In this document: one piece after another, positions 46,515 to 58,430 of the stretch
How positions within the stretch are numbered: the stretch's first letter is position 1
Layout of the letters: each line of letters opens with the position of its first letter
NCBI RefSeq assembly: GCF_000372725.1
Contig: NW_005201551.1
Location: 29,544 to 91,331 of the forward strand
Length of the DNA stretch: 61,788 nucleotides
DNA from: Emiliania huxleyi CCMP1516
Lineage: Eukaryota
Reading direction: 5' to 3'
The notes under the pieces: generated by a model
Told to the model about the DNA's origin: nothing
What the model saw: the letters and a program-made list of their open reading frames with translations, nothing else
Databases searched by the model: none
Position numbers and translations under genes: made by a program

Positions 46515-46770
46515 CCGTCACCGCGGTCCTTCCCGTTCCCCCGCGTATGCCACCGTCGCATTTCCATTGCCGCCGCCGCGGCGCGCTCCTGTCCCAGCCA
46601 CGTGCGCCGACAGAATCCCCCCCCCCACCCCCCAAAAAAACCAAGATCTCGCCCGGCACCGTCGCTGTGCGTCGTGCTCCGCAGCCGCGGGGTCTGTTGC
46701 TCTCTGCCGTGCTCGCACGGCGGTCCCGCCGGGCCCCGCGCCCTTGCCGCCCGGCCGGGGCTGGAGAGGC

Positions 46771-48086
46771 TCAGCGGCTGAGGTAGATGCCGCGCTCCTC
46801 GCACACGGCCATCAGCTCAGGCTGGTGGTAGTCAACCTCGAGCGTCTGCACGCGAGGGGAGGTCCGATGAGCATTGGGCGGGGGAGGGGCGAGTGGCGAG
46901 GAGGGGCGTCTCGCGCCTTCAAGCTCGGGGCGGCCCCCTCCTTGAGGGCGGCGGCCAGCGCCTTGCAACCCTCGTCGCCAATCTCGTTGTCGAAGAGAAA
47001 GAGCGTCTCGAGCCGCGGCGCTGCCCCCTCCTTGCCAAGGGCGGCAGCCAGCGCCTTGCAGCCCTCGTCGCCAATCTTGTTGAGGCTGAGCCAGAGCGTC
47101 TCGAGCCGCGGCGCTGCCCCGCTCGCGAGGACCTCCGCCAGCTGCGCCGCCTCCGCGTCGCCCCAGCCGAGGTTGTAGTAGTGCAGCTCGGTCGCCTTGC
47201 CAAACTGCTCCTCGAAGGCGGCCTCGTACAGCTGCTTCACCAGCGGCTTGTCGTCCTTGCCGTTGGTGAAGCTCTTCTTCTCAAGCTCCGCCGCGAAGGC
47301 AGACGGCAGCAGCGGAGGGCGCCGGCCGCCGTCCTGGGTGCAGTCGTCGGTGAGGCTGCGGAAGTCGTACTCCACGCCTGCGCGCATCTTGCCGAGGTCG
47401 AGCGAGAGGTCGCCAGCCTTTGTCAGGCCCGCCCAGCTGCACTCCGTGAAGCACCAGCCGCGGTCAAAGTACTTTGCCACGTTGGTGCCCTCGGCCTGCT
47501 CCTCCGCCTTGTGGCCGTCCGGGAAGGAGGTCAGCCGCAGCACGATCGTGTGCGGGTGGGAGTAGAGCGTGCCGAGGCAGCCCAACCCCTGCTTGAAGAG
47601 CGCGTTCTGCTTCTTGGTGCGCAGGACGCCGTTGGCGGGGTCGGGGTGCTGGTGCAGCGAGCCGAAGTCCCAAAAGACGCCGAGCCGCGTGATGCCGTAG
47701 GGATGGCTGCTGAGCAGGGCCTTGAGCGCCCTCGCGACGCGGGCGAGGTTGGCTCCGAGCGGGTCGGGGTGGTCCTTGGTCAGCCACGGGTAGGAGAGCG
47801 CGGCGACGGCCAGGTCATACTCGCCGGTCGCCTCGACGAGGTCGGCGAAAGAGAGGAAGGCCTCTTTGGGAAGCGCCTGGCGGTGGGTGAGGACGCCGCC
47901 CGCCTCGGCGTGGCGGATGATCCACTGCGCGTCGAGGAGGGCGGCGGCGCCGCTCGCGAGGACACGCTCCAGGTCGCCGCCGCCGAGCTTGCGCCACAGC
48001 TCCAGCTTCTCCTCGTAGGCCAGGCCCGGCTTGCGGCGGTGGAGGCAGGGAAACGGCTTCTCGAAGCAGGCGCGCACGGACATCAT
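46771..48086 (-). CDS. HET-like domain + RI-type LRR protein (one 3' intron)
   Basis: ALSYPW...HPDP, FWDFGSLHQ, LGTLY and YFDRGWCFTE (HET-type motif order), then LETLWLSLNKIGDEGCKALAAAL and LETLFLFDNEIGDEGCKALAAAL. Last exon TLEVDYHQ...YLSR-stop. Confidence 0.8.
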
Positions 48087-48184
48087 CGCGATGGTGCTCA
48101 ACAGCGGCTCGGGCAGCGGCCGCGGCCGCAAACGTGAGCTGAGGGCGTGTCAAGATTTTTCTGCCGAGGCTCGTTGAATTCTCT

Positions 48185-48366
48185 CTCGAGGTTCTCGAGG
48201 TGGATATCCTTTGGCCGCGTTGGGTAGCGAGGATTGGTGTAACCCGAGCCACGGAGGCGTGTTTTCTGACGGCCGACCGTCAGTGCACGGAGTTGCCCCT
48301 TCTCCGACTGCCCCGGCTAGTTCCCGAGTTTCGCGGGAGTGACCCCATGCGTCAAACCCGAGACCT
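48185..48366 (-). mobile_element. ~185-bp structured interspersed element, copy 3
   Basis: Reverse complement of copies 1 and 2, diverged over the first ~40 bp. Flanked by GAATTCTCT (48176-48184) and GAATTCTTT (48367-48375). Ends 98 bp upstream of ATG 48086. Confidence 0.85.
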
Positions 48367-48539
48367 GAATTCTTTTTTTGCGACGGGAGCTCCGCCGCCA
48401 CCAGCGCCGAAGCACGCCGACGCGCCAAGGTCTCGTCCGACGCAGCGCGCAAGGCGGCGTTCCACGCCCGCGGCTCGCAATACTTCATCTCGAGCCCCGG
48501 CGTCAGGCAAGAAGGCGCCAAACGGCAAGCCGCACGAAG

Positions 48540-49080
48540 AACTCGGCGATGCCGCAATGGTCAACCCGCGTGCGAAGCACGCAACACGACACAAATACCT
48601 GCTCAAACGACTCGTCAAGACCCTTCGCTCGGCGTGGGGCATGCTCATCGAGATGGAGCCGACTGCACACCTCAGTTACAGTNNNNNNNNNNNNNNNNNN
48701 NNNNNNNNNNNNNNNNNNNNNNNNNNNNNNNNNNNNNNNNNNNNNNNNNNNNNNNNNNNNNNNNNNNNNNNNNNNNNNNNNNGGGGGAGGGGGGGAGGGA
48801 GGCGGAGGATGCAGAGGCGGAGGCGGCGGCGGCGGAAGAGGAGGAGGGGGAGAGTGAGGGGGAGGTGGAGGCGGGGGCACCTGTGACGGCCCGCTACAAG
48901 AAGGGCGACTACCGGTTCGCGCGGGAGAAGAATTGCGACCTGCGCTTGCTCGACTTCGAGACGTTCGGCGGCTTAGGAGCGGTTTTTGGAGCCGTACGAA
49001 GAGGTCCCAGACGGGCGAACATGCGGTTTTTCGACGACCACACGCGATGTGGTATCTGCTTTTTGCTAAAAACGGGCCGC
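48540..49080 (+). mobile_element. Degenerate non-LTR retroelement endonuclease remnant
   Basis: TRHKYLLKRLVKTLRSAWGMLIEMEP and KGDY...LRLLDFETFGGLG match the RH...G..(V/I)E.EP and ETFGG pattern of CRE-like REL domains. Split by gap 48683-48782. Confidence 0.45.
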
Positions 49081-49654
49081 CTAGTGCAGCATCACTAGTA
49101 CAACACGCAGCCACACTGAGAGCTCCACACTAGCCGGTATAGGCGAGCCCCGGCGGCCTCACCGTCGCCGCTCGCGGCGGAGCCGACGGCGGAGCCACGG
49201 GCGGGTGCGCAGGGTTCGTGATCACATGAAATGTGAAGTGAAAGTGAAAGTGAAATCGATTCGCTGTTTCCATGTGAAATCACGAACCCTGCGGGTGCGA
49301 CCTTTTGGGGGGACATGAGCTCGCCAGGACGTCGCCGATGGCTCGGCGCGCCTCTTCCCGCCAGCGCGGGGCGGCCTACCTACAGGAGCGAGGGGGAGGA
49401 AGACGGAACTGAGCCCTAGGTTCGTGATCCCGTCGCCGGCAACGGCTGGGAGAGGGGCGGCAAGCGACGGGCGGGTCCGCGACCTTTTGAGCGGCCGTGA
49501 GCCGGCCGAGAGGCCAGCGATGGTTGCCTGAGCGCCCTCTCGGCGAGAACAAACGGGCTGAGCATCGGTCAGAGCGTGAGTGAGAGGGAGGTGGTCGTGC
49601 GCTCACTTTGTCGGCCGCTCGCGAGGTGATGACTGTGTGTGTGAGGCGCGCAGG

Positions 49655-49949
49655 AGTCCAGACAACGTCCAGACAATGATCAATGTCCAGACAGCGTCCA
49701 GACAGCAAAATCGGAGCGTCTAGACAGCTATACGGACAGTAATAGCACTTGAGTGTACAAAGCTGATTGAAGTAAAGGGGAATGATGCAGCTGCCTGCCA
49801 GAGCAGAAAGATTCCTTATAATTCTCTCCACTAGAGCCGTACAATCTACAAAAAAGGCGGAACCGAGATCATGGCCCTCAAAGCATGAGTCATGGCCCCC
49901 CGAATGCCGTGCTCTCTAGGTAAGGTGTGGGAGCTCCACAAACCAGGTT
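49655..49949 (+). mobile_element. Partial copy (right half) of the 32747-33070 MITE family
   Basis: CATGGCCCC(C)GAATGCCGTGCTCTCTAGG...GGGAGCTCCACAAACCAGGTT, with (GTCCAGACAGC)-like repeats upstream. Confidence 0.75.
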
Positions 49950-51023
49950 TTACATACCTTACTTCTAGGCATCCCCTCGGAGAGAGTGGGGGGAGCATTT
50001 CTTCTAGCGTGTCAGAGTGAACTAGCCCCCCCCCCCCCCCCCCCGCTTGGGGACGAGAGACGCGCGGAGCGCTGTTCTCGACCTGCCGATGTTGTTTTGA
50101 GACGAGGCGATTGCCGACTGCGCCGATCACCCCTCGCCGGCATCGACCAACTTGTCCAGACCTTTATTGTCCGAGAGGCTTCTCCGACGTCTTGTTTGTA
50201 GAGTTCGAGGTGACGTCATCCCCCGGCGGCACCACCTGCGCCCCGCCGCTCTCGTTGTCAATTAATGCGTGGATACAACTATGAAGAAACCGCCTCTCCT
50301 GCCTCGCCCTCCGACCTGCGCGTCTCGGCGCTTGAATCACAATGGGCCAGATGTAAGAGACTTGCTTGAGAATCGTGTCTCATCACCTGCGCCACGCCCG
50401 TCTCGTCGTTGATGTAGATGACGGCGCCGCCCGCCGTCTCCGCCCGCGTCCACCCTGTTCACAGTCGCCGGCGTGTGAACAGGGCGACCCCCCCCCGCCC
50501 TCAGAGCCCGCGAAGAGGGGCGTGGCCGCCGGCGGGCGTGGTGGAGCCTTTGGCCGGGTCGGAGGGGATGCCTAGTCATCACTCATTGGTCGCACTGGAG
50601 CAGTACGTTGTGGATGTGCCTCTGGCCGGGTCGGAGGGGATGCCTAGTCATCACTCATTAGTCGCATTGGAGCAGTACGTTGTGGGGATGTGCCGCTGGC
50701 CGGGTCGGAGGGCAGATGCCAAGCCGCTCCGCCTCGTCCTTGAGCTCCTGTTCACACCGGCCAGCCGTGAAGAGGCGCCGCCCACGCGCCGCCCGGACTA
50801 CGAGCGCCCGCCAACGCCTCTCGCACGCGCCTTGTGAGCTCCTCGCGGCCTCTCGGCTCGATCCCGGCTGGTGTCGGCCAGACCTCGGCTAGGTCTCGGC
50901 TAGGTCTCGGCTAGGTCTCGGCTCTACCTCGGCTAGACCTCGGCTGTATAGCCGCTCTCGCGCGCCCCTTGAGCTCCCTCCGTCTCGGCTGTAGATCTCG
51001 GCTAGATCTCGGCTAGACCTCGG

Positions 51024-52408
51024 CTAGATCTCTGCTAGTAAGACGCGCGCGGCGCGGCGGCGGCGGCTAATCTTCTTGCGCGCCTTGAGCTTCTCGGCCT
51101 CGATCTCGCGCTCAATCTCGTGGTCGGCCGGCGAGGAGGAGACGATGCTCTGCGTCTTGAGGTCGGTCAAGACCGAAGCGAGCCTCTCCACCCTCGTCTC
51201 GAGCCCTCCTGGGCGCAGCGCGAGCTGTGTGTTAGCCGGACCGGGGCAGAGACGGGGGGGGAGACCATCCTCGTTCACAGCTCGCGCTGTGAACAGGAGG
51301 ACTCGAGCGGCCATCGCGGGGCTGCATCTCGGCTGCATCTCGGCTGCATCTCGGCTGCATCTCGGCTGCATCTCGGCTGCATCTCGGCTGCATCTCGGCT
51401 GCATCTCGGCTGCATCTCCCGGCTATCTCGCGCCCTCAAGGTGTGCGGGGTCGTCCGAGGCACCCGGCCGAGCGTGCGCCACTCCCTTGCGTGCTCGTGC
51501 CCAGCTTGCGCGCGAGGGAGTTTCGGTGGCCTTCGGGCTGCTGGGGCGAGGAGGAGCCGGGTCAGCGATCTTGGGCATTTATCAGTTGCCTCCTGCTACT
51601 ACTACCTGCTACTACTACTACTACTGCAGCAGCAGCAGCAGCAGCAGCAGCTGCTGCTGCTGCTCCTCCTTGCGCTGCGCCTGCGCGCGGCGTTGGCCTG
51701 CTGCAGCATCGAGCCCGTCTCCTCCTTGAGCGCGACGTGGACGCGCACGCGCCGGCACTTCCAGCAGAGGCGGAGGCAGGGAAGGACGCAGAGCCTACCG
51801 TGCTGGATGCGCCAACCTCGGGGCGGGAAGAGGGTGCATTGCAGAGTAGTGAGATCCCGGCGTGAGTAGAGTACGGCTGACTGCGGCTGACTGCGGCGGA
51901 GTGCGTGTCCTCTCGAGCGCTGGTTGGGAGACATGAATGCGTCTTCAGCCTCTAAGGTCCTCTCGAGCGCTGGTTGGGAGACATGAATGCGTCTTCAGCC
52001 TCTAAGGTCCTCTCGAGCGCTGGTTGGGAGACAAGAGTGCGTCTTCAGCCTCTACGGTCCTCTCGAGCGCTGTTTGGGAGACAAGAGTGCGTCTTCAGCC
52101 TCTAAGGTCCTCTCGAGCGCTGTTTGGGAGACAAGAGTGCGTCTTCAGCCTCTACGGTCGCAGCGCTTGCAGGCGACGAGGAAGAGAGCGGTGGGGAGCA
52201 CGCCTACGGTGATGAGATATGGGGAGATCTGGGGAGATCTGGGGAGATATGGGGAGATAGCGGTGGGGAGCACGCCGAAGAAGAAGAGGGCAAAGAGGAG
52301 GGCGAGCCCCGGCGGCGCGTTGAGGTGGCCGTCGGCGATGTCGCCTGTACGACTCTCGAGCAGAGGCTCTATCTCGGCTGTACCTCGGCTGCATCTCGGC
52401 TGCATCTC

Positions 52409-52473
<65 letters not shown>

Positions 52474-54631
52474 CGAACGAGTCCTCCCAATGCACATTCA
52501 TCGACTCCTCGCTGATGCGGAAGAAGTGGCGCGCCGACCTCCACACAGCACATTAGGGTAAGGGTTAGGGTAAGGGTTAGGGTTAGGGTTAGGGTTAGGG
52601 CTAGGGCTAGGGGTAGGGGTAGGGTCAGGTTAGAGTTAGGGGTAGGGTACAGCAACGCGTGACTTATCAGCCTCGTCCCCAATTGCTGTCATCTCCACAT
52701 CACTCATCCCATGCGAGAAGTGGCGCGTCGGCACCTCCACAGCACCCCAACCTTCTCCACCGCCGCCTGCGCCGCCTGCTGCGCCACCGCGCTCACCGTC
52801 TCCGCCGGCGCATCCTCCCAATCGACCGGAGGCGGAGGCGGCGGCGGCGGCCCGATGGCAAACGTGTCGAAGGACGCCGCCTCGCCGCCCCCCTAAAGAG
52901 TGACTCCAGTGCCACAATGAGACGGGTCCCTTGCCCAAACTGTGGACGGATGTGCCGCGTCGCCACCACCTGATACACGAGTTACCAACGGCTCATCTCC
53001 TTGTTACTGCTGTGGACGGACGTTGGTCGGCCGTCCTCCTCGATCTCGAGGCAGGTGGAGAAGAGGAAGCAGCGGCGGGTCTCCGCGCTGTACGAGTAGT
53101 GCGAGCAGGCGGGCAGGCTTGCCTACGTGCGCGAGAGGCCACATACGTGCATGTATGCATGTGCATGTGCATGTGCATGTGCATGTGCATGTGCATGAGA
53201 AAGTAGAGGCTGACATCGCGGACACAGACAGTGAGGGTGTGAGAGGCGGACCTAAGGAAGGTCCTACATCGCTTTCCCACCCCCCTGGCCGAGTCACACC
53301 GACGCCGGGAGAATGCCGTGTTGTGCGGCGACCGGTGTGGTGTGCTGCTCAGACGGCGAGGCGGCGAGAATACGAGACGGCGCGGTGGGAAGACAGCCGG
53401 ACAGCCGGTCGAATCGAATACGTGAGTTCCGCCTCTACGCTTGCTCGCCGCCACCACCTTCCCCGTCACCGGGTGCACAGCCTCGCCGCCGGCGTGCTTT
53501 GCGATGCACATCGCCTGCCAGTGGAAGTACGGCAGCCGTAACTCCACGATCGGGCCCCTTCCCACGCCCAAGCGACCGCACATCATGCCTGGCAGTCCTC
53601 GACGGCGCAAGCGGCCTCTGGCTCTGGCGCGAGGTAGGTGCTCGAGTCGTGGCACACCTTCATCAATGAATGAATTGAGTCATAACTGATTAACTAATGG
53701 CGCGAGGCAGGTGCTCGAGTCGTGGCACACCTTCGTCAATGAATTGACTGACTCATTCTAATCAATTCATGGCGCGAGAGGTAGGGGCGTGCTCGAGCCG
53801 TGGCACACCTGCATCAATTGATTGATCGACTCATCGACTCATCGACTAATGGCGCGAAGTGCTCGAGCCGTGGAACGCCTCCGAGTGCCCACCGGGTGCA
53901 CCGTGACGCGGCGCCTTGCAGCGCGACGCCTTGCAGCTGCCGGCGTGGCCAAACCCGACCGCCGTCGCCGACGCCAGCGTCTGCGAGCAGGGGCTCCGCC
54001 GCTCCGCCGGCGCCGTCCCGAGGCACTGGCCGCAGGTGTAGTCGCACGCGCCAGGGAGGAGGCAGCTGGGGCAGAAGAGCGAGTCGCACAGCGCCGCGTG
54101 GTCGGCGCAGTAGTCGACCCCTGCGGGGCCCAATGCATTCGAGAGTTTTGATTCAGGGCCGCCTACTACTTATACTGTTACTACCACAGTGTGCATCGCT
54201 CCGCCCTAACTCTCGGCGACATGATCTCCGCTATCGCTCGCACCTGCTGCCTCTGTGCACCTCCAGTCCTTGGGCGCCTCCGTCGTCAGGTCCTGGGAGA
54301 TGTGCGCGCGGTGCTCCATGCGGCTGGTGCCGGGCGGATTGAGGTTGTCGACCGCCTGCTGGTCCCGCGATGTCTCGTGCCCGTGGGCCACGTCCTTTGG
54401 CCCGGCCGCGGCCTTCGATGCGCGAAATGGGGGCGGGGGCACTGCTGACGCAGCGGGCGTGGGGGCGAGCCGTGGCGACAGTGGCTGCGTCCGTTTGGCC
54501 TTGGGAGCTGCAGCCGGGGCCGCGGCGGGCGCAGACGGGGCCGGCGCCTGCGCTGCCACCGGCGGCGCGGCGGGCGCAGAGGCTGGTGCCTGCGCGGCCA
54601 CTTGCGTCGCGAGCAAGAGAACGACGTGCAT
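51024..54631 (-). CDS. Hypothetical multi-exon secreted/membrane protein (possibly more than one gene)
   Basis: Signal-like MHVVLLLATQVAAQ, Pro/Ala linker, Cys-rich exon CADHAALCDSLFCPSC...CDYTCGQC and TM-like LALLFALFFFGVLPTALFLVAC. Exon chain unresolved. Confidence 0.35.
51907..52158. repeat. 50-bp tandem repeat x5
   Basis: GTCCTCTCGAGCGCTG(G/T)TTGGGAGACA(T/A)GA(A/G)TGCGTCTTCAGCCTCTA(A/C)G at 51907, 51957, 52007, 52057 and 52107. Confidence 0.92.
52553..52647 (-). repeat. Interstitial (TTAGGG)n telomere-like tract, intronic
   Basis: TTAGGG and variants. The C-rich strand is the sense strand of the inferred minus-strand gene. Confidence 0.88.
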
Positions 54632-54836
54632 CTTGAGACGCTGCCCGCCCAATTCAAGGTCCAAAAAAAAACGACTGAGGTTCCCATACGTGTTTTCGTT
54701 CGCTTCTCCCTCGGTGCGTGCAATCGTGTGTTTGGCGTCATGTTGTGTGTGCCTTCGCTTGTTTTATTAACATCGAAGTCTAGCTCAAAAAAAAGATATG
54801 TTCCTCCAAGTGCCCCCAACACGTATTCCCGTATCA

Positions 54837-55008
54837 CTAGCTCCGAGTAGAGGGGGCGTCCTTGCAGTTAAGGGGAAACCTGGTACGCGGGTCCAACCCT
54901 CGGAGAGTATTCTTCAGCTCCTGTGTCTATTAGCTCCGAGTAGAGGGGGCGTTCTGAAGTTAAGGGGAAACCCGGTACACGGAGCTAACCCTCGGAGACC
55001 CGTGTTTA
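54837..55008. repeat. Two hairpin-capable units, reverse complement of the 24605-24834 family
   Basis: CTCCGAGTAGAGGGGGCG...AACCCTCGGAG twice, ending GACCCGTGTT. Confidence 0.75.
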
Positions 55009-55116
55009 CTTGGGCGTCTATCATTCACTGCTGGGGGGGAGGGGAAGGAGGGTTGCAGTGAAGGAAGGTGGAAGTCTCTTCGGAGGCACTTGTGAGCACT
55101 GTGAAGACCGTGCGCC

Positions 55117-55248
55117 GTCAGGACCCCGCCAGGACTCTGTCAGGACTCTGTCAGGACTCTGTCAGGACTATGTCAGGACTCTGTCAGGACTCTGTCAGGA
55201 CTCTGTCAGGACTGTCAGGACAGTTGCGGGAGCTCCACAAACCAGGTT
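55117..55248 (-). mobile_element. Left end of the 32747-33070 MITE family (inverted)
   Basis: (CTGTCAGGACT)n followed by TGCGGGAGCTCCACAAACCAGGTT. Confidence 0.75.
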
Positions 55249-55703
55249 TTCCGCATACATCGCGCACTGGGCCTCCACGAGCGGCTCATCGCCGCGTCGG
55301 ACGAGCGGTGCGACGCGGTGGGGCGATACGGCTACTTGTCGCTCGTCAGCGAGGCGGGCAGCGCGTTGGCCAGCGCCGACGCCGACGGCGAGGCGGGCGC
55401 GGCGGCGGCGGAGTCGTCACACGACGGTGCAGCTGGGAGCAGGACCATCACCGCGAGCATAATGCACGTCGCGCGGCGAAACTCGTGGGGAGAGGGTGAC
55501 CGTGTGCGGCTGCGGGGAGGGAAAACGGTGGAGGAGCTGGAGGTGGGGAGTGTGCGGGTTGTGGCCGCGCGCGTATTAGGTTTATCGTTCGTTGTGTAGC
55601 CATCTCGCATCATAACACCTGCGGACCGCATTTCCCTTTACACGCCGCGGTCCGTGTGTGGAGAAGCGTTTAGCCGGCCGAACCGCGAACCGCCCATTTG
55701 TAG

Positions 55704-57224
55704 TCAAGCGGATGCGGGCGTGCTAGGCGGCCACGCCTCGACCTTCTTGGGCAGCAGCTGGTTCGACACGTCCTCTCCGTGGCCTAGGCAGCCGCGTTCA
55801 CCCGTGCCGCAGGTAAAGACGGCGCCGTCGGCAGTGATTGCGAGGCTGTGGCTGTGTCCAGCCGACAAAGCGACGACGCGCTGGCCAGCCAAGGCCTCGA
55901 CCTTCTTCGGCAGCAGTTGCATCTGCCCGTCGCCGTGGCCCAGCCGGCCTTGCCCTCCATAGCCCCAGCTCCAGACACCTCCGTCGGCGGTGAGGGCGAG
56001 GCTGTGGAATAGTCCAGCCGACACAGCGACGACGCGCCGCCCCGCAAACACCTCGATCTTCATGGGCAGCAGCAGGTGCTGCAGGTCGCCGTGGCCCAGC
56101 TGGCCATGCCATCCAAAGCCCCAGCTCCAGATAGCGCCGTCGGCGGTGAGGGCGATGTTGTGGCCATCTCCAGCCGAGACAGCGATGACGCGCCGCCCAG
56201 CCAACGCCTCGATCTTCTTGGGCAGCAGCTGGCTCTGCTGGTCGCCGTGGCCCAACTGGCCATCTTCGCCAAGGCCCCAGCTCCAGAGAGCGCCGTCAGC
56301 AGTGATGGCGATGATGTGCGCCCCTCCAGCCGACAGAGCGACGACGTGCCGCCCAGCCAAGGCCTCGACCTGCTTGGGCAGCAGCTGCTCCTCCCGGTTG
56401 CCGTGGCCCAACCGGCGAAAGGTTCCTTCGCCCCAGCTCCAGACAGCTCCGTTGCCCCACGAAAAGACGGCGCCGTCGGCGGTGAGGGCGAGGCTCTGGG
56501 CGCCTCCTGCAGACACAGAGACGACGCGCTGACCAGCAAAAGCCTCGATCTTCTTGGGCTGCCACTGGGGCTGCTCGTCGCCGTGGCCCAACCGGGCTGA
56601 GTCTCCATCGCCCCAGCTCCAGACACTGCCCCCGGCGGTCAGCACGAGGCTGTAGCCGGTTGCAGCCGAAACACTCACGGCGCGCTCGCCGCCCAGCGTC
56701 GACGGGAGGCGGGTCGGCGTGTTGAGCCGCGTCACGCCCTCGCCGTGGCCGAGAAGGCCTGGAAATTCCTCCTCCTCCTGCTCCTGCTCCTGCTCCTGCT
56801 CCTCCTCCTCCTCGCCCTCCATTGCCGCTGACCCGCACGACGAGAGGCGCCCCTCGCCGTCGATGAAGACGCTGTGAGACAGGCCTGCCGCCGCCCTCGC
56901 CGGCGGGTTGGACTCGCACAGCAGCGCAGCGAAGCACAGCCACCGCACGGCGCAGCCCTCGTCCTCTGGCTGCGCCGGCAGCTCGAAGCCGCGCTCTTGC
57001 GCCCACAAGCGGATGGCCTGCACCACAAGCGAGGCGTGGAAGAGCAGCGAGACGGCCGCGACGCGAGCGATGTCGACGGGGCTTTCGCAGCGAGAGAGGG
57101 CGCGCTCGAGGAGCTCCGTGGGGAGGTCGAGGAGGCGGGTGGGCGGCGGCGTGATTGGCGAGGGCACGGCGGTGGCCGCGGGGGCGGCGAGGCGGCGCGA
57201 GCGGCGGCGCGGCGGGGTGGACAT
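55704..57224 (-). CDS. F-box + RCC1-repeat (beta-propeller) protein, intronless
   Basis: N-terminal LLDLPTELLERALSRC F-box motif. About 7 repeats of VVAVSAG..HSLALTADG.VWSWG.G..G.LGHGD. ATG at 57224. Confidence 0.9.
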   Translation of the reverse strand: MSTPPRRRSRRLAAPAATAVPSPITPPPTRLLDLPTELLERALSRCESPVDIARVAAVSLLFHASLVVQAIRLWAQERGFELPAQPEDEGCAVRWLCFAALLCESNPPARAAAGLSHSVFIDGEGRLSSCGSAAMEGEEEEEQEQEQEQEEEEFPGLLGHGEGVTRLNTPTRLPSTLGGERAVSVSAATGYSLVLTAGGSVWSWGDGDSARLGHGDEQPQWQPKKIEAFAGQRVVSVSAGGAQSLALTADGAVFSWGNGAVWSWGEGTFRRLGHGNREEQLLPKQVEALAGRHVVALSAGGAHIIAITADGALWSWGLGEDGQLGHGDQQSQLLPKKIEALAGRRVIAVSAGDGHNIALTADGAIWSWGFGWHGQLGHGDLQHLLLPMKIEVFAGRRVVAVSAGLFHSLALTADGGVWSWGYGGQGRLGHGDGQMQLLPKKVEALAGQRVVALSAGHSHSLAITADGAVFTCGTGERGCLGHGEDVSNQLLPKKVEAWPPSTPASA

Positions 57225-57607
57225 CGACAAAAAGAATTTTTTTGTACGCGCGCGAGCTAGGCGATTTCGAGGCGAGGAGGAGACGCGGGGAGCTGAAAGA
57301 CTGGGACGACTGGAAACAAGAAGACAGTGAGCCACCACAGGCGTCGTTGGCGCACATACTGAGCGGCAGCTGCGCTGGAAATAAGGAAGAGGCGCGTCAC
57401 TTCATGCGGAAGCTCGACAAACACACAGCGAGGGCGACAGCAAGAGTTGAACGGGAGGCGCCGGACTCAAAAGACACCGCCACATTCCTGAGACGAGCGA
57501 GGGCAGCCTCCTTAAAGGCGAAAGGGTCTAGACTGAGGGAGGGTGTAGAGGATGTAGAGTGTAGAGCGCTGTAGAGCTGTAGAGATGTGTGGATGCTGGG
57601 TTGAACA

Positions 57608-58121
57608 AAATCGGGGGACGCGACCCACCTCGCCACAGACGGTCCCGCGCCTCGCCGCTATGACGGGCACACGCCCCGCACCGTCCGCTGTGTGCCCGTC
57701 TTTGTCCGGAGTGAATACCACAACGCGCTCGTCGGTGACGGCGTCCCCCGATTTCGCCGCGCTCGGCGAACCTCGACAGACGACAGCGCTTTCGGTGGCA
57801 TGCAGCTCTTTGCGACAGAAGCCTGGAGAGCAGCTCCTCTGCTGCTCACACACTCTGCACAGCTGACACAGCCTACTGTGCGGCTGCCACAGCTGTGACA
57901 GCGATGGGCTCGCCCTCACTGGCCCTCAGTCACTTGTGCTGCGGCTTGTGTGAGCGACACTGCTCGGCGACTGCCGGCACACTGTGAGACCATGGGTGTG
58001 AGGTAAAACCACGCTACCAGCGCTTGGTCACATCGGCCCCGAGGTCAGATCCATCTACTCTGTTGATGACAAGACTTGTCTACCGGCTGGAGCCGAGCAG
58101 GAGGGCCCGGCGCACAACCCC
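57608..58121. repeat. ~510-bp interspersed repeat, inverted partner of 46007-46514
   Basis: Reverse-complement match. Confidence 0.9.
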
Positions 58122-58430
58122 TTGTTGAACTCACCCTCCACACCCCGTAAGCCTAGGGGTACCCTAAGCCTGCCCGTGTCCCGGGCGTGGAGATGCGAGG
58201 GTCGCCCCCGATAACACTAACACAGACATGTACATGGACACATGCGCGAAAGGACGATGCGGCTCGTGTTGCGGACAGCCGACTGTCAGGGAGACTGCGT
58301 GCGTGCTGTGTGCAATGCGGGCGTATTCTGCCGCGCACTGCTGCCGGGCAACAGGTGGGGGAGCGGATCGGATGGGCGCCTTGTGGCGGCGAACAGCACG
58401 CGCCTCCCCCTCCCCGCGGTGCCCTGTTTC

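Noticed and set aside
52553..52647. True chromosome end
   Set aside because: Short, degenerate, internal and flanked by exon-like sequence on both sides.
53626..53872. CRISPR-like pattern of a conserved ~40-bp repeat with AT-rich spacers
   Set aside because: The spacers are related to each other, the repeats are degenerate copies of an exon junction, there are no cas genes and the context is eukaryotic. Treated as an exon-echo intron.
49949..55248. One 5.3-kb transposon bounded by the two MITE-family termini
   Set aside because: Both termini read CAAACCAGGTT on the plus strand, so they are direct rather than inverted and cannot be a TIR pair.
55250..55600. Possible small gene next to the MITE end
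   Set aside because: Only short low-complexity frames, with no consistent strand or motif.
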